64,000 nucleotides of DNA from an uncultured Gammaproteobacteria bacterium (lineage in GTDB: Bacteria; Patescibacteriota; Patescibacteriia; UBA9934): NCBI GenBank assembly GCA_964414795.1, contig CAYPWV010000005.1, positions 4,336-68,335 on the forward strand. The letters run 5' to 3'. A model generated the notes under the pieces. The model was not told the origin of the DNA. It saw only the letters and a program-made list of their open reading frames with translations, and did no database searches. Positions 45,813-54,917 of the stretch are shown here, in pieces. How positions within the stretch are numbered: the stretch's first letter is position 1; every line of letters starts with the position of its first letter. Both the position numbers and the translations under genes were made by a program.

Positions 45813-46771
45813 CTACTCTTTTTCGATTTGTCGGAGTCGTGGAAAGATTGGTAGACACGTTTGAGTTCGCGATCAGTAATATGCGTGTACACCTGCGTTG
45901 TGGTAATCGACTCATGACCAAGCATGGTCTGCACCGCGCGAATGTCAGCGCCATTGCGCAAAAGATCGGTAGCGAAGGTGTGACGAAGCGTGTGCGGCGT
46001 AACGGACTTGGTAATTCCCGCCATCCGCGCATACCGATCAACAAGTCGCTGAATGGAACGCGAGGTAAGCGGCTTTGACGTTTCTCCCACGGTTTTGGTG
46101 CGCTGCGCTTTATCGTGTCGCACAAACATGTACAGCGAAATGCTTTGCCGCTTTTCTAAATATACCTTGATGGCATCACGCGCAGCAGGTGATAAAAAAA
46201 CGAGACGATGTTTTTTTCCTTTTCCAAGCACCGTAAATTCCTCATTCTTTAAATTAACCTGCTCAATCTTCAGTCCTGCAAGCTCAGAGACACGCAAGCC
46301 CGTAGAAAAAAGAAGTTCAAGAATCGCCTTGTCGCGATAGCCAAGAATAGTGGGATCTTTTCCAGGTTCCGCGAGAATACGTGGCAATTCTTCTTTTTCC
46401 AAAAACTCCACATGGCGAGAATCTTGCTTTGCAAGTTCAATTTTTTCTGCGGCAAGCGACTTTACGTCACGCTTTGCTAAATATTTTAAAAACGCGCGCA
46501 GAGCAATGAGATGATAGTTCTGCGTTGCCTTTCCCAGTGTTGCCGCATCTCGTCCCGATACATCGCGGTTCAAGTACAGCCGAAACTTCCGCACCATCTC
46601 GCCATTAATTTCCAGCGGGGCAGGGGACTTTGCCCAGTCGCTAAAACGCATCAAATAAAAACGATAATTCCGCACCGTTTTATCCGATCGCCCTCGTTCA
46701 ATTTCTAAATATTCAAGAAATTCCTTAATCAACGGCTCCAAATGCTTCCCCATATACACCAAGTATAGCAC
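45809..46771 (-). CDS. xerC: Tyrosine site-specific recombinase (XerC/XerD-like)
   Basis: Catalytic region R...HTLRHTFATDLLRNGADIRAVQTMLGHESITTTQVYTHI with the catalytic Tyr. The N-terminal core-binding domain is present. Confidence 0.88.
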   Translation of the reverse strand: MLYLVYMGKHLEPLIKEFLEYLEIERGRSDKTVRNYRFYLMRFSDWAKSPAPLEINGEMVRKFRLYLNRDVSGRDAATLGKATQNYHLIALRAFLKYLAKRDVKSLAAEKIELAKQDSRHVEFLEKEELPRILAEPGKDPTILGYRDKAILELLFSTGLRVSELAGLKIEQVNLKNEEFTVLGKGKKHRLVFLSPAARDAIKVYLEKRQSISLYMFVRHDKAQRTKTVGETSKPLTSRSIQRLVDRYARMAGITKSVTPHTLRHTFATDLLRNGADIRAVQTMLGHESITTTQVYTHITDRELKRVYQSFHDSDKSKKSS

Positions 46772-46848
46772 GAGTCGTAAAATGAAAGTCTTGGCTTTGA
46801 GTTACTTCGTCATGCCGGACACCGATCCGGCATCCATCGTTTCTCTAT

Positions 46849-47007
46849 TTATAAAGAATTCTCTCGATACAGAACAAGGGCTTCTTCAAGCATCGAGATC
46901 GCCTCCTTCTTCGTTTTTCCAAAACTCGATACATCAACATCCAAACATTGGGAGACGTATCGATTTTTCTCCTTCCAAACAACCGTTGCGTACGACATCT
47001 TTTTCAT
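46849..47007 (-). CDS. Small HicB-like / UPF0150-family protein (49-52 aa), not in the ORF track
   Basis: Translation M(KKM)SYATVVWKEKNRYVSQCLDVDVSSFGKTKKEAISMLEEALVLYRENSL matches the HicB N-domain pattern (...GYVAE.P.LPGC.S.G.T.EEA..N..EAI.LYLE). No hicA-like partner was found adjacent. Confidence 0.4.
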   Translation of the reverse strand: MKKMSYATVVWKEKNRYVSQCLDVDVSSFGKTKKEAISMLEEALVLYRENSL

Positions 47008-47148
47008 ACGTTCTTGAGCATAAAGAAGAATGTCTTGCTCGTCAAAAATGAAAAAAGTTGATCATGCAAGATTTGCATTTTATGAAAAAAACGACTATAT
47101 TTCTTCGTCGCTGCATGGCATTCCGCCACCGATGAAAGGGAAATTCCT

Positions 47149-47277
47149 ATGTACAATGAAGCAGTGGCGTCGTATGGTCTCCTTACTGTCTTTTGTATTT
47201 TATCAATAGGAATTTTAATCGTTATATTCTCCATTGGACTTTTCCTTCAAGTTTATTTAGAAAGTGGTGAGGAATAG
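47149..47277 (+). CDS. Candidate 42-aa hydrophobic small membrane peptide with its own promoter and terminator (not in the ORF track)
   Basis: Putative promoter: TTGATC, 17 nt spacer, TATGAA. SD-like GAAAGGG. ORF MYNEAVASYGLLTVFCILSIGILIVIFSIGLFLQVYLESGEE. An intrinsic terminator follows immediately. Confidence 0.35.
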   Translation: MYNEAVASYGLLTVFCILSIGILIVIFSIGLFLQVYLESGEE

Positions 47278-47282
47278 CCTCC

Positions 47283-47322
47283 GTGCTCGGCTCCTCACAC
47301 GGAGCCGGGCGATTTGTTTTTT
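47283..47322 (+). terminator. Rho-independent terminator CGGCTCC-tcacac-GGAGCCG plus T-run
   Basis: Seen in sequence directly after the small ORF and before the rpsO promoter (TTGACA at ~47356). Confidence 0.55.
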
Positions 47323-47435
47323 AGAGGCTATGTTTGGCGACTTTTTGACACTTTTCTTCAAATTCGGTACTCTTCTTTGCGTAAAACGTAATGTCCTCCG
47401 TCTTGGTTTCAGGGATTTGAGCTCCTGTTTCTCAG

Positions 47436-47723
47436 ATGGTGCGATTTGTAAAATATATGCTCAGCAAAGACAAAAAACTCAAGATTATCAAGAAGTTCCG
47501 CACCCATGAGTCCGATACCGGATCTCCTCAAGTGCAAATTGCTATCCTTTCTGAGGAAGTAAAAGAGCTTACCGGTCACCTTAAAACCCATCGCAAAGAT
47601 TTTAGCTCCCGCCGCGGTCTTCTCAAAAAAGTTGCAGAACGTCGTCGTTTGCTCAAGTATTTGGAGCGCGAAGATGCAAAAGCATACGCTGAGCTTGTAG
47701 AAGCTCTGGGACTCAAAAAGTAA
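47436..47723 (+). CDS. rpsO: 30S ribosomal protein S15
   Basis: KKLKIIKKFRTHESDTGSPQVQIAILSEEVKELTGHLKTHRKDFSSRRGLLKKVAERRRLLKYL is canonical S15. Confidence 0.95.
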   Translation: MVRFVKYMLSKDKKLKIIKKFRTHESDTGSPQVQIAILSEEVKELTGHLKTHRKDFSSRRGLLKKVAERRRLLKYLEREDAKAYAELVEALGLKK

Positions 47724-47768
47724 CCAGATGAAAACCCTGCTCGATTTTCTCGGGCAGGGATTTTCTTA

Positions 47769-47940
47769 GGAAGTTTGAAGCTGGATGGGGAAGACCCTGA
47801 CGATAGGAAGGGTCCAGCGAACCTACTTGTCAGGAGGTTTCCTTAATCGTGCGATAGGTCCTTCGCAGGAGCTCAGGATCCTGCTCAACGAAATACAACA
47901 TCCACTCACTTCAAACTAACAACTCCCAACTTCAAACTTT
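47769..47940 (+). repeat. MITE-like repeat copy 1 (~172 bp) with terminal inverted repeats GAAGTTTGAAGCTGG ... CCAACTTCAAACTT, a subterminal duplicated CTTCAAACT and internal hairpins; sits between rpsO and the NYN gene
   Basis: Shares AGTTTGAAG, CCTGACGATAGGAAGG, TCCTTCGC.GAGCTCAGGA and CACTTCAAACTAACAACT...CTTCAAACT blocks with the copy at 56434-56690. Confidence 0.55.
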
Positions 47941-47990
47941 CTCACTAAGGTACACTAGTTCACAGATACTTTTTTATATTTTCTCCACAT

Positions 47991-48752
47991 ATGGTCATGC
48001 AATTTTCTCATCAGCATCGTCGCGTTGGCGTGTTCATCGACGTACAAAATATGTACTACAGTGCGCGCAACATTTATGGCAGCAAAGTTAACTTTGGCAA
48101 CATCGTAAAAGCAGGCATCAACAATCAACAGCTTGTTCGTGCAATTGCGTACACTATTTCTACAAAAACCGGTGACGAGCTTCCTTTTTTTGAAGCGCTT
48201 CACAAAATGGGCATTGAAGTAAACATGAAAGAACTCCTCGAATACGAGGGCGGACAAAAGAAAGGGGATTGGGACGTAGGAATTACGGTCGACATTATTC
48301 GCATGCTCGACATGCTCGACGTGGTAGTTATGGTTTCGGGCGATGGCGACTACGTACCGCTCGGCGAATACGTAAAAAATCGCGGTCGCATCTTTCACGT
48401 CATCTCTTTCCGCGAATCAACATCAAGCAAACTCGTAGAATGCGCCGACGAGTACACCAATCTTTCCGATGACCTTGGCACATTCCTCATCCGCGATCCA
48501 AACTATCGCCCACAAACGCATCGCATTGCATCCGTCACCGACACCTTCAGCGACGTCATCGCCGAGCAAGGTGAAAATCGCATGTTTCCTTCCCCCGTTC
48601 CTGTAAATCGCGTTCGTGTGCCAAGCGCTCCTCCCGTACATCCCGCACCAAGCATTCGTCCTCCTCACCTTGCACGCCCATCAGAAGTTCCAAAAAAGAA
48701 ACGCAACAGCAGACCTAAGAAAAATATTTCTCACCCTCCAAAACAATCGTAA
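47991..48752 (+). CDS. NYN/LabA-like domain protein with a Pro-rich basic C-terminal tail
   Basis: VGVFIDVQNMYYSARNIYGSKVNFGNIV and DVVVMVSGDGDYVPL are the two conserved acidic blocks of NYN/LabA nucleases. The C-terminus is PSAPPVHPAPSIRPPHLARPSEVPKKKRNSRPKKN. Confidence 0.75.
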   Translation: MVMQFSHQHRRVGVFIDVQNMYYSARNIYGSKVNFGNIVKAGINNQQLVRAIAYTISTKTGDELPFFEALHKMGIEVNMKELLEYEGGQKKGDWDVGITVDIIRMLDMLDVVVMVSGDGDYVPLGEYVKNRGRIFHVISFRESTSSKLVECADEYTNLSDDLGTFLIRDPNYRPQTHRIASVTDTFSDVIAEQGENRMFPSPVPVNRVRVPSAPPVHPAPSIRPPHLARPSEVPKKKRNSRPKKNISHPPKQS

Positions 48753-48755
48753 CGT

Positions 48756-50990
48756 ATGCCATCAAAATCTTATACAATCACCTGGGGCGGAAAGCTTCTT
48801 ACCATCGAGGTAGGAAAATTTGCACGTGCCGCAAACGGCAGCTGTACGGTTCGTTACGGTGACACTATGGTTCTTGCAACAGCAGTGATGTCCAAAGACG
48901 TCCGCCCAGGAATGAATTTCTTTCCGCTGATGGTGGAGTACGAGGAAAAGCTCTATGCCGCAGGTCGTATTAAGGGTTCGCGTTTTATTAAACGTGAAGG
49001 TCGCCCAACCGACGAAGCCGTGCTTACCGCACGTTTTATTGATCGTGCCATTCGTCCGCTGTTTGATGCCCGCATGGAAAATGATGTGCAAGTGATGGTG
49101 ACCGCACTCGCGTTTGATAAAAAAAATGATACCGATATTCCTGGACTTATCGCTGCATCATGCGCGCTCCATATTTCAGAAATTCCTTGGAACGGCCCTC
49201 TTGCCGCAGCACGCGTGAACAAATCTGCCGATGGATCTTTTATCCTTAACGGTACATACGAGGAACGTCTTGCGGCACGTTTCGATGTAGATGTTGCCGG
49301 AACTCCCGAGAAAATAATAATGATCGAAGCAGGGTGTGACGAAGCAACCGAGCAAGAAGTAACAGACGCGCTTTTTTTCGGACAAAAAAATCTCGCACCC
49401 GTCATTGAACTCATCGAAAAAATTCGCGCAGATCTCGGAAAACCCAAGGCAGACATTTTTGGCATGAAAACCGATGAAGATCGTGCGCGTTTTGCAAAAA
49501 AAGCAGATGTTGAAAAAATTGCAAAGCCGTTCATTGTGGGAGAAGTTGAAAAATATTTCTTCGGTTCGCCACATGCAACAAAAGCAGAACGTTACATCGC
49601 AAAAGATCTCATCAAGAAAAATACGATCGCATTTCTCACCGAACAAGGTCTCGACGAAGAAAGCGTAAAAATGGGTGCATCTATGGTCACCGCAACGCTC
49701 GAAGGAGAAATCACTAAACACATCATTGAAAATAAGCGTCGTGTGGATGGTCGTGGTATTGATGATATTCGCACACTTCTTGCAGAAGTTGCAGTGCTTC
49801 CCTGTGTGCATGGATCCGGCCTTTTTGAACGCGGCGAAACGCAGGTACTTTCGGTATGTACGCTCGGTGCTCCAGGTGATAAGCAAACACTCGACGGTAT
49901 GGAGCTTGTAGGAGAAAAAAGGTTCATGCATCACTACAACTTTCCTCCTTTCTCTGTAGGCGAAGCAAAGCCCGTACGCTCAACTGGTCGCAGAGAAATT
50001 GGTCACGGCGCACTTGCAGAAAAAGCCTTGCAGTACATGATTCCCGATCAAGAACTTTTTCCGTACGCTATTCGCGTGGTTTCAGAAACACTCGGTTCAA
50101 ATGGATCAAGCTCAATGGCATCAACCTGCGGCGCAACCCTCGCACTTATGGATGCGGGAGTTCCTATTAAAGCACCCGTTGCGGGAATTGCGATGGGCCT
50201 CGCGAGTGACGGTAAACGTTATCAAGTCATCACCGATCTACAAGACTTGGAAGATGGCGAAGGCGGGATGGATTTCAAAATCACCGGAACGGCAAACGGA
50301 ATCACCGCAATCCAGCTCGATACAAAAACCGATGGCATTCCACAAGACGTGATTCGCGAAACTATCACGCGTGCAAAAGTTGCACGCCTCAAGGTACTCG
50401 ACGTGATGCAAGGCGCGCTTCCCGCTCCTCGCGCCGAACTTTCGCCTTCTGCGCCACGCATTCTCAAGCTGCGCATCAATCCCGATAAAATTCGTGAAGT
50501 AATCGGCTCGGGAGGAAAAACCATTAATGAAATCATCGCAAAAACCGGCGTTACCGCAATTGACATTGAACAGGATGGCTTGATTATGATTACCGCACTT
50601 GATGGCGTTGCCGGACAAGCCGCATACGATTGGGTTTATAATCTTACGCGTGAGGTAACGCCCGGAGAAACGTTTATCGGCAAGGTGGTGCGCCTAATGG
50701 ATTTTGGTGCATTCGTTGAAGTACTCCCTGGAAAAGATGGGCTGGTACACGTCTCCGAGCTAGCTCCTTGGCGCGTAGAAAAAGTAACCGATATTGTGAA
50801 CCAAGATATGATGGTGCATGTAAAGGTATTGGAGATTGATGAAAAAGGCCGCCTCAACCTTTCCATGAAACAAGCAGAAGGCAATGTGTACACCGAGGAA
50901 ATGAAAGCAAAAGCACAAAAGTCTTCCGCGCCTTCTTCAGCACCAAAAAAACCCAGCGTCATCAAAGCTCCGTCCGTCCACAAATCTTAA
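48756..50990 (+). CDS. pnp: Polyribonucleotide nucleotidyltransferase (PNPase)
   Basis: Two RNase PH domains, then KH and S1 domains (GKVVRLMDFGAFVEVLPGKDGLVHVSEL). Confidence 0.97.
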   Translation: MPSKSYTITWGGKLLTIEVGKFARAANGSCTVRYGDTMVLATAVMSKDVRPGMNFFPLMVEYEEKLYAAGRIKGSRFIKREGRPTDEAVLTARFIDRAIRPLFDARMENDVQVMVTALAFDKKNDTDIPGLIAASCALHISEIPWNGPLAAARVNKSADGSFILNGTYEERLAARFDVDVAGTPEKIIMIEAGCDEATEQEVTDALFFGQKNLAPVIELIEKIRADLGKPKADIFGMKTDEDRARFAKKADVEKIAKPFIVGEVEKYFFGSPHATKAERYIAKDLIKKNTIAFLTEQGLDEESVKMGASMVTATLEGEITKHIIENKRRVDGRGIDDIRTLLAEVAVLPCVHGSGLFERGETQVLSVCTLGAPGDKQTLDGMELVGEKRFMHHYNFPPFSVGEAKPVRSTGRREIGHGALAEKALQYMIPDQELFPYAIRVVSETLGSNGSSSMASTCGATLALMDAGVPIKAPVAGIAMGLASDGKRYQVITDLQDLEDGEGGMDFKITGTANGITAIQLDTKTDGIPQDVIRETITRAKVARLKVLDVMQGALPAPRAELSPSAPRILKLRINPDKIREVIGSGGKTINEIIAKTGVTAIDIEQDGLIMITALDGVAGQAAYDWVYNLTREVTPGETFIGKVVRLMDFGAFVEVLPGKDGLVHVSELAPWRVEKVTDIVNQDMMVHVKVLEIDEKGRLNLSMKQAEGNVYTEEMKAKAQKSSAPSSAPKKPSVIKAPSVHKS

Positions 50991-50999
50991 TACTGTGCT

Positions 51000-52151
51000 G
51001 TGATGCTCAATGCAAATATTCCTCTCAATACCCAAACACCAACCCGCCAATATCCCTGGTGGGTCGGTGTGTTTTTAGGGATTTTTTTGGTGAGTTTCTT
51101 TCTTGGATTTTCGTGCGCAAAGCGCGTGCTTGAAGGCATCCGTGTTCCGCGGCTCACTACCTCATCAGGCGTCGCACTTCGCATCACCCCAGAACACGCG
51201 CTCTGGATCAAACAGCACACTGAAGGCCTTTCACTCAACGGTGAATGTCCTCTCGATCTCCCCACGCTCATCGCTTTCAAGCGTCCTTCATGGATACTCA
51301 TTGGAGACTCCGGCGAAGAACAGCTTTCTTTTATCGGTGCATTTCCCAAGGAATTAGAAAACTATCAAACCGCCTTTGGCTGCACTTTTACACAAAACGC
51401 ATCCGGATTCACCCTCACACCTGTAGGGGCGGGTTTAAAACCCGCCATTACGACACCCCACACCCCACCCCCTACACCCATTTCCTTCACGTTCCCCCTC
51501 GCCATTCCCGACGGATGGGCATGGATTAATGACGATCGCATTCCGCTAACTCTGCAAGAACACGGGCTCAGCATCGCACTGCACAGCACTACGCCAAACA
51601 AAAAAATACCGTGGCCACAAGAAAACCTGACAAACGCCCTGCCACTTGTTCCACTTTCAGAAAACGTTCTCTCTGCACAATGGCAAGGCCTTTCTCATGT
51701 GCTTTCTTCACAAAACGGTGTCGCGTTCTTTTCTTGGACGCATGAAAACGTTGATGCATTTGGCATCGTTCTTCACGAACAAATAACCGATGAAGACTTT
51801 CTCAATCTCATCTCCGACATCGGCAACATTCCTCAAACATCCCAAAAAACCTATCGCGATGACGGTGACGCTTACCTTGCAATCGTCAAAGAAGCAATCT
51901 CCGTCACTTCGCTAGGTACAAAAGAAAAAGAAGCACGTCTTACGGATGGCACCGCAGTAGGATTCCTACTCATACAAAATGGATACTCTCTCATCAGCAC
52001 CGTACCAACAACATGGAAAGATACTACACCGCCTTGGGAAGCAAATCTGCGCTCTACACAACAGCAACAGGCACACAGTCCATCAACACTTGCAGATTTT
52101 GGCAAACACATGTTCACCACAAAAAAGACGGTAACCATTTTTGATAAATAA
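51000..52151 (+). CDS. Hypothetical membrane-anchored protein (383 aa)
   Basis: Single N-terminal TM (WWVGVFLGIFLVSFFLGF). No family recognised. Long ORF in operon position after pnp. Confidence 0.5.
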   Translation: MMLNANIPLNTQTPTRQYPWWVGVFLGIFLVSFFLGFSCAKRVLEGIRVPRLTTSSGVALRITPEHALWIKQHTEGLSLNGECPLDLPTLIAFKRPSWILIGDSGEEQLSFIGAFPKELENYQTAFGCTFTQNASGFTLTPVGAGLKPAITTPHTPPPTPISFTFPLAIPDGWAWINDDRIPLTLQEHGLSIALHSTTPNKKIPWPQENLTNALPLVPLSENVLSAQWQGLSHVLSSQNGVAFFSWTHENVDAFGIVLHEQITDEDFLNLISDIGNIPQTSQKTYRDDGDAYLAIVKEAISVTSLGTKEKEARLTDGTAVGFLLIQNGYSLISTVPTTWKDTTPPWEANLRSTQQQQAHSPSTLADFGKHMFTTKKTVTIFDK

Positions 52152-52542
52152 TCTGTGATACACTTTCTTTCGTAAACGTTCTTTCTATAATTCCGTTTGG
52201 TGTGGTATAGCGTGCGTTGGACGAGTATTCGTCAAACGCGCTATGCACGCACAGCTCAGTAATGCGGACATGCGGCATGATACGAGTGGCACCAGAGAAA
52301 TGCTCAATCCCTTCATCTCAGCTCTGCGATACCGCTTCGATGGCCTGCAAAGGAAAAAGACGTGTTGAGAAAAATGTGCGAATATTTCGTCCTTTTTTCC
52401 CAACATCTCTCCTCCCTTGTCGCACATCAAAAAAGAAAGATCATTCCAAAAAAGATACGCGCCGCATAGGCAATCTTTTGCAAAGGACATGCTCTTTTCT
52501 TTTTTTCTCATATTGCGTACTCTACTAAGAAATATCTTTCCT

Positions 52543-52920
52543 ATGACCAAAAAAGCTCTTTCTGCTGCATTCCTTGAAGAAATGCACACGCTCCTTGTTG
52601 CCGAACTCGCACGCCTAGAAAAAGAATTAGGGAACTTTTCCCATCGCAATCCCGCGCAAGCAGAGGAAGAGATGAGCGATGCAGGAGCAGATGAAGGAGA
52701 AAGTGCAGAGCGTATCGCACAATTAGGTGACGATCTTTCGCTCGAAGAAGAATTAAATCGCGCGGTAAAAGATGTTGAAGGTGCACTCAAAGCCCTTGAA
52801 AAGGGCGAATACGGCATGTGTAAATACTGTAAACAACCTATCGATGAAGCGCGCCTGCGCATTCGCCCAACCTCAACATCCTGTGTTGCCTGCAAACGAA
52901 CCCTTACCCAAGAGATGTAA
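52543..52920 (+). CDS. DksA/TraR-family C4 zinc-finger protein
   Basis: Coiled-coil N-region and C-terminal CKYCKQPIDEARLRIRPTSTSCVACK. I chose the internal Met as start; the track ORF begins at 52417. Confidence 0.75.
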   Translation: MTKKALSAAFLEEMHTLLVAELARLEKELGNFSHRNPAQAEEEMSDAGADEGESAERIAQLGDDLSLEEELNRAVKDVEGALKALEKGEYGMCKYCKQPIDEARLRIRPTSTSCVACKRTLTQEM

Positions 52921-52940
52921 TCTCTCTCGCAAAAAAATAC

Positions 52941-52970
52941 GCATCCTCTCAGGATGCGTGCTTTTTTTTA
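52941..52970 (+). terminator. Rho-independent terminator GCATCCT-ctc-AGGATGC plus T9
   Basis: Seen in sequence 20 nt after the dksA-like stop. Confidence 0.6.
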
Positions 52971-52984
52971 CGATACTTGATGGA

Positions 52985-53362
52985 ATGGTGAAATTTCTTG
53001 CGCTCAACGATAGTCTTCCCGAAATTCATACAAAATTCTTGAGTATCACTTATTTCGCAAACCCCGGCATCGCCTTCAGTATTCCTCTCCCACAAACGCT
53101 CACACTTATTATCACCGGAATACTCATCATCATATTCGGCGTATTTTTTATCAAAACAATAGATAATACTCTCAAAATTGCACTTGCAAGTGCGCTTCTT
53201 GGTGCAGGAAGCAATTTTATTGATCGGCTCATAACCGGCTACACCACCGATTATATTATTTTCTTCTCACGTTCAGCGATGAATATCGCAGATTTCCTAA
53301 TCATTGCAGGAATCGGATACTGCGTATGGTATTATCAAAAGACAGACGTGACAAAAAGATAA
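52985..53362 (+). CDS. lspA: Lipoprotein signal peptidase (signal peptidase II)
   Basis: NPGIAFSIPLP, NFIDRL and DYIIFF...NIADFLIIAGIGY blocks. The start is uncertain: ATG at 52985 or the in-frame GTG at ~52958. Confidence 0.7.
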   Translation: MVKFLALNDSLPEIHTKFLSITYFANPGIAFSIPLPQTLTLIITGILIIIFGVFFIKTIDNTLKIALASALLGAGSNFIDRLITGYTTDYIIFFSRSAMNIADFLIIAGIGYCVWYYQKTDVTKR

Positions 53363-53366
53363 TACA

Positions 53367-54917
53367 TTGCCCAAACTCCACTCCCTATACATTATGGGAT
53401 TTTTTTCTTTACAAGGCGGTTCGGTACAAGGGATGATTGCAAATAAAGTAGATATTGAAGTGGATATTTCATTTGGACTTCCGAAATTTTCCATCGTCGG
53501 ACTTCCAGATACTGCAGTACAAGAATCAAAAGAACGCATTCGTTCTGCGTTGCAAAATAGCGGCTACCCGTTCCCAAGAACCGTCATCACCGTCAACCTC
53601 GCGCCCGCACACGAACGCAAGCAAGGATCGCATCACGACGCTACCATCGCACTTGCGCTTCTTGCCGCAGAGGAGCTCGTCGTTACCACGCACTTCGCAC
53701 ACATCTTTATCGCGGCAGAACTTGGGCTTTCGGGAGAACTTCGTCCCGTACGGGGCATTATTCCTCTTGCACTTCATGCAAAACAACAAGGAATAATACA
53801 CATCATGGTCGCATCATCTGATGCAGAGATCCTCAGACACATTCCAGGAATCTTTGTCCACGGCTGCAAAAATCTTCGCGAGCTCATCGACGTACTTTCG
53901 CAAAAAGCACTACCGGAAAAAGATGCTAAGGATGTAGGGGCGGATTTCATATCCGCCCACAAAGTTCCCATCGCCCACCCCTTCGCACACATCCGCGGAC
54001 ATCATCTCGCAAAACGCGCACTCATCATCGCAATAGCGGGCAATCATCCACTTATGCTTATCGGACCTCCCGGAAGCGGAAAAACACTTCTTGCAAAAAG
54101 CGCACAACAACTTCTCTCACCACTCTCGTTTGATGAAGCACTCGAACTAGCGTGCATCAAGTCCGTACAAAGAGAATATACCCACGATCTCTTTTCCTAC
54201 GAACGCCCCTTTCGCTCGCCGCATCACCACACTAGTGCCGCCGCACTGGTTGGCGGCGGCTCAATGATCGTTCCCGGAGAAATATCGCTCGCACATCACG
54301 GCATCTTGTTCCTCGACGAACTCCCCGAGTTCCCGCAAAAATCCCTCGAAGCATTGCGACAGCCTCTCGAATCGGGAGAAGTGCACATCGCTCGTGCATC
54401 CGGACACGTCACCTTCCCCTCAAGTACACAACTTATCTGTGCAATGAACCCGTGTCCATGTGGATTTTTTGGCGATGCGCAGCGCGCCTGCATCTGCGCA
54501 CCCCAAAAAGTAAAACGCTATCAAGAACGCGTTTCTGGCCCGCTTCTTGATCGTATGGATATTTTTGTCGATCTCCCACGCATTCCCTCGGAAGAACTTC
54601 TCCAAGAACAGAACTCGGCACCCCAACAAGACGTTCCTTCCTCGGAAGAACTCACTATCATACGAACAACACAAAAACAGCGACTCACCTCCTGCGCAGG
54701 AAGCCTCACGAAATATGAAGAACTTGCACAACCAACCATTGAAGCAAAACAACTCTTTAGCAAAGCGGTTGATCGCTTTCAACTTTCCGGACGAGGTTAT
54801 ACGCGCCTCCTTCGCGTAAGCAGAACCATTGCAGACTTGGCGCACGCAGAGCGCGTTGAACCCGAACACGTCAGCGAAGCGCTCAGCTATCGCTCACGAC
54901 TGCTCGTACGCAATTAG
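53367..54917 (+). CDS. comM: Mg-chelatase-like AAA+ ATPase YifB/ComM
   Basis: Lon-like N-domain, then AAA+ (LMLIGPPGSGKTLLA, ILFLDELPEF) and the C-terminal ChlI/ComM region. Confidence 0.9.
   Translation: MPKLHSLYIMGFFSLQGGSVQGMIANKVDIEVDISFGLPKFSIVGLPDTAVQESKERIRSALQNSGYPFPRTVITVNLAPAHERKQGSHHDATIALALLAAEELVVTTHFAHIFIAAELGLSGELRPVRGIIPLALHAKQQGIIHIMVASSDAEILRHIPGIFVHGCKNLRELIDVLSQKALPEKDAKDVGADFISAHKVPIAHPFAHIRGHHLAKRALIIAIAGNHPLMLIGPPGSGKTLLAKSAQQLLSPLSFDEALELACIKSVQREYTHDLFSYERPFRSPHHHTSAAALVGGGSMIVPGEISLAHHGILFLDELPEFPQKSLEALRQPLESGEVHIARASGHVTFPSSTQLICAMNPCPCGFFGDAQRACICAPQKVKRYQERVSGPLLDRMDIFVDLPRIPSEELLQEQNSAPQQDVPSSEELTIIRTTQKQRLTSCAGSLTKYEELAQPTIEAKQLFSKAVDRFQLSGRGYTRLLRVSRTIADLAHAERVEPEHVSEALSYRSRLLVRN

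Noticed and set aside
52185-52895. 236-aa minus-strand ORF overlapping the dksA/traR-like gene.
   Set aside because: It is antisense to a gene with a clear C4 zinc-finger signature followed by a terminator. Its translation is low-complexity (Ser/Ala/Arg-rich). A shadow ORF is more likely.
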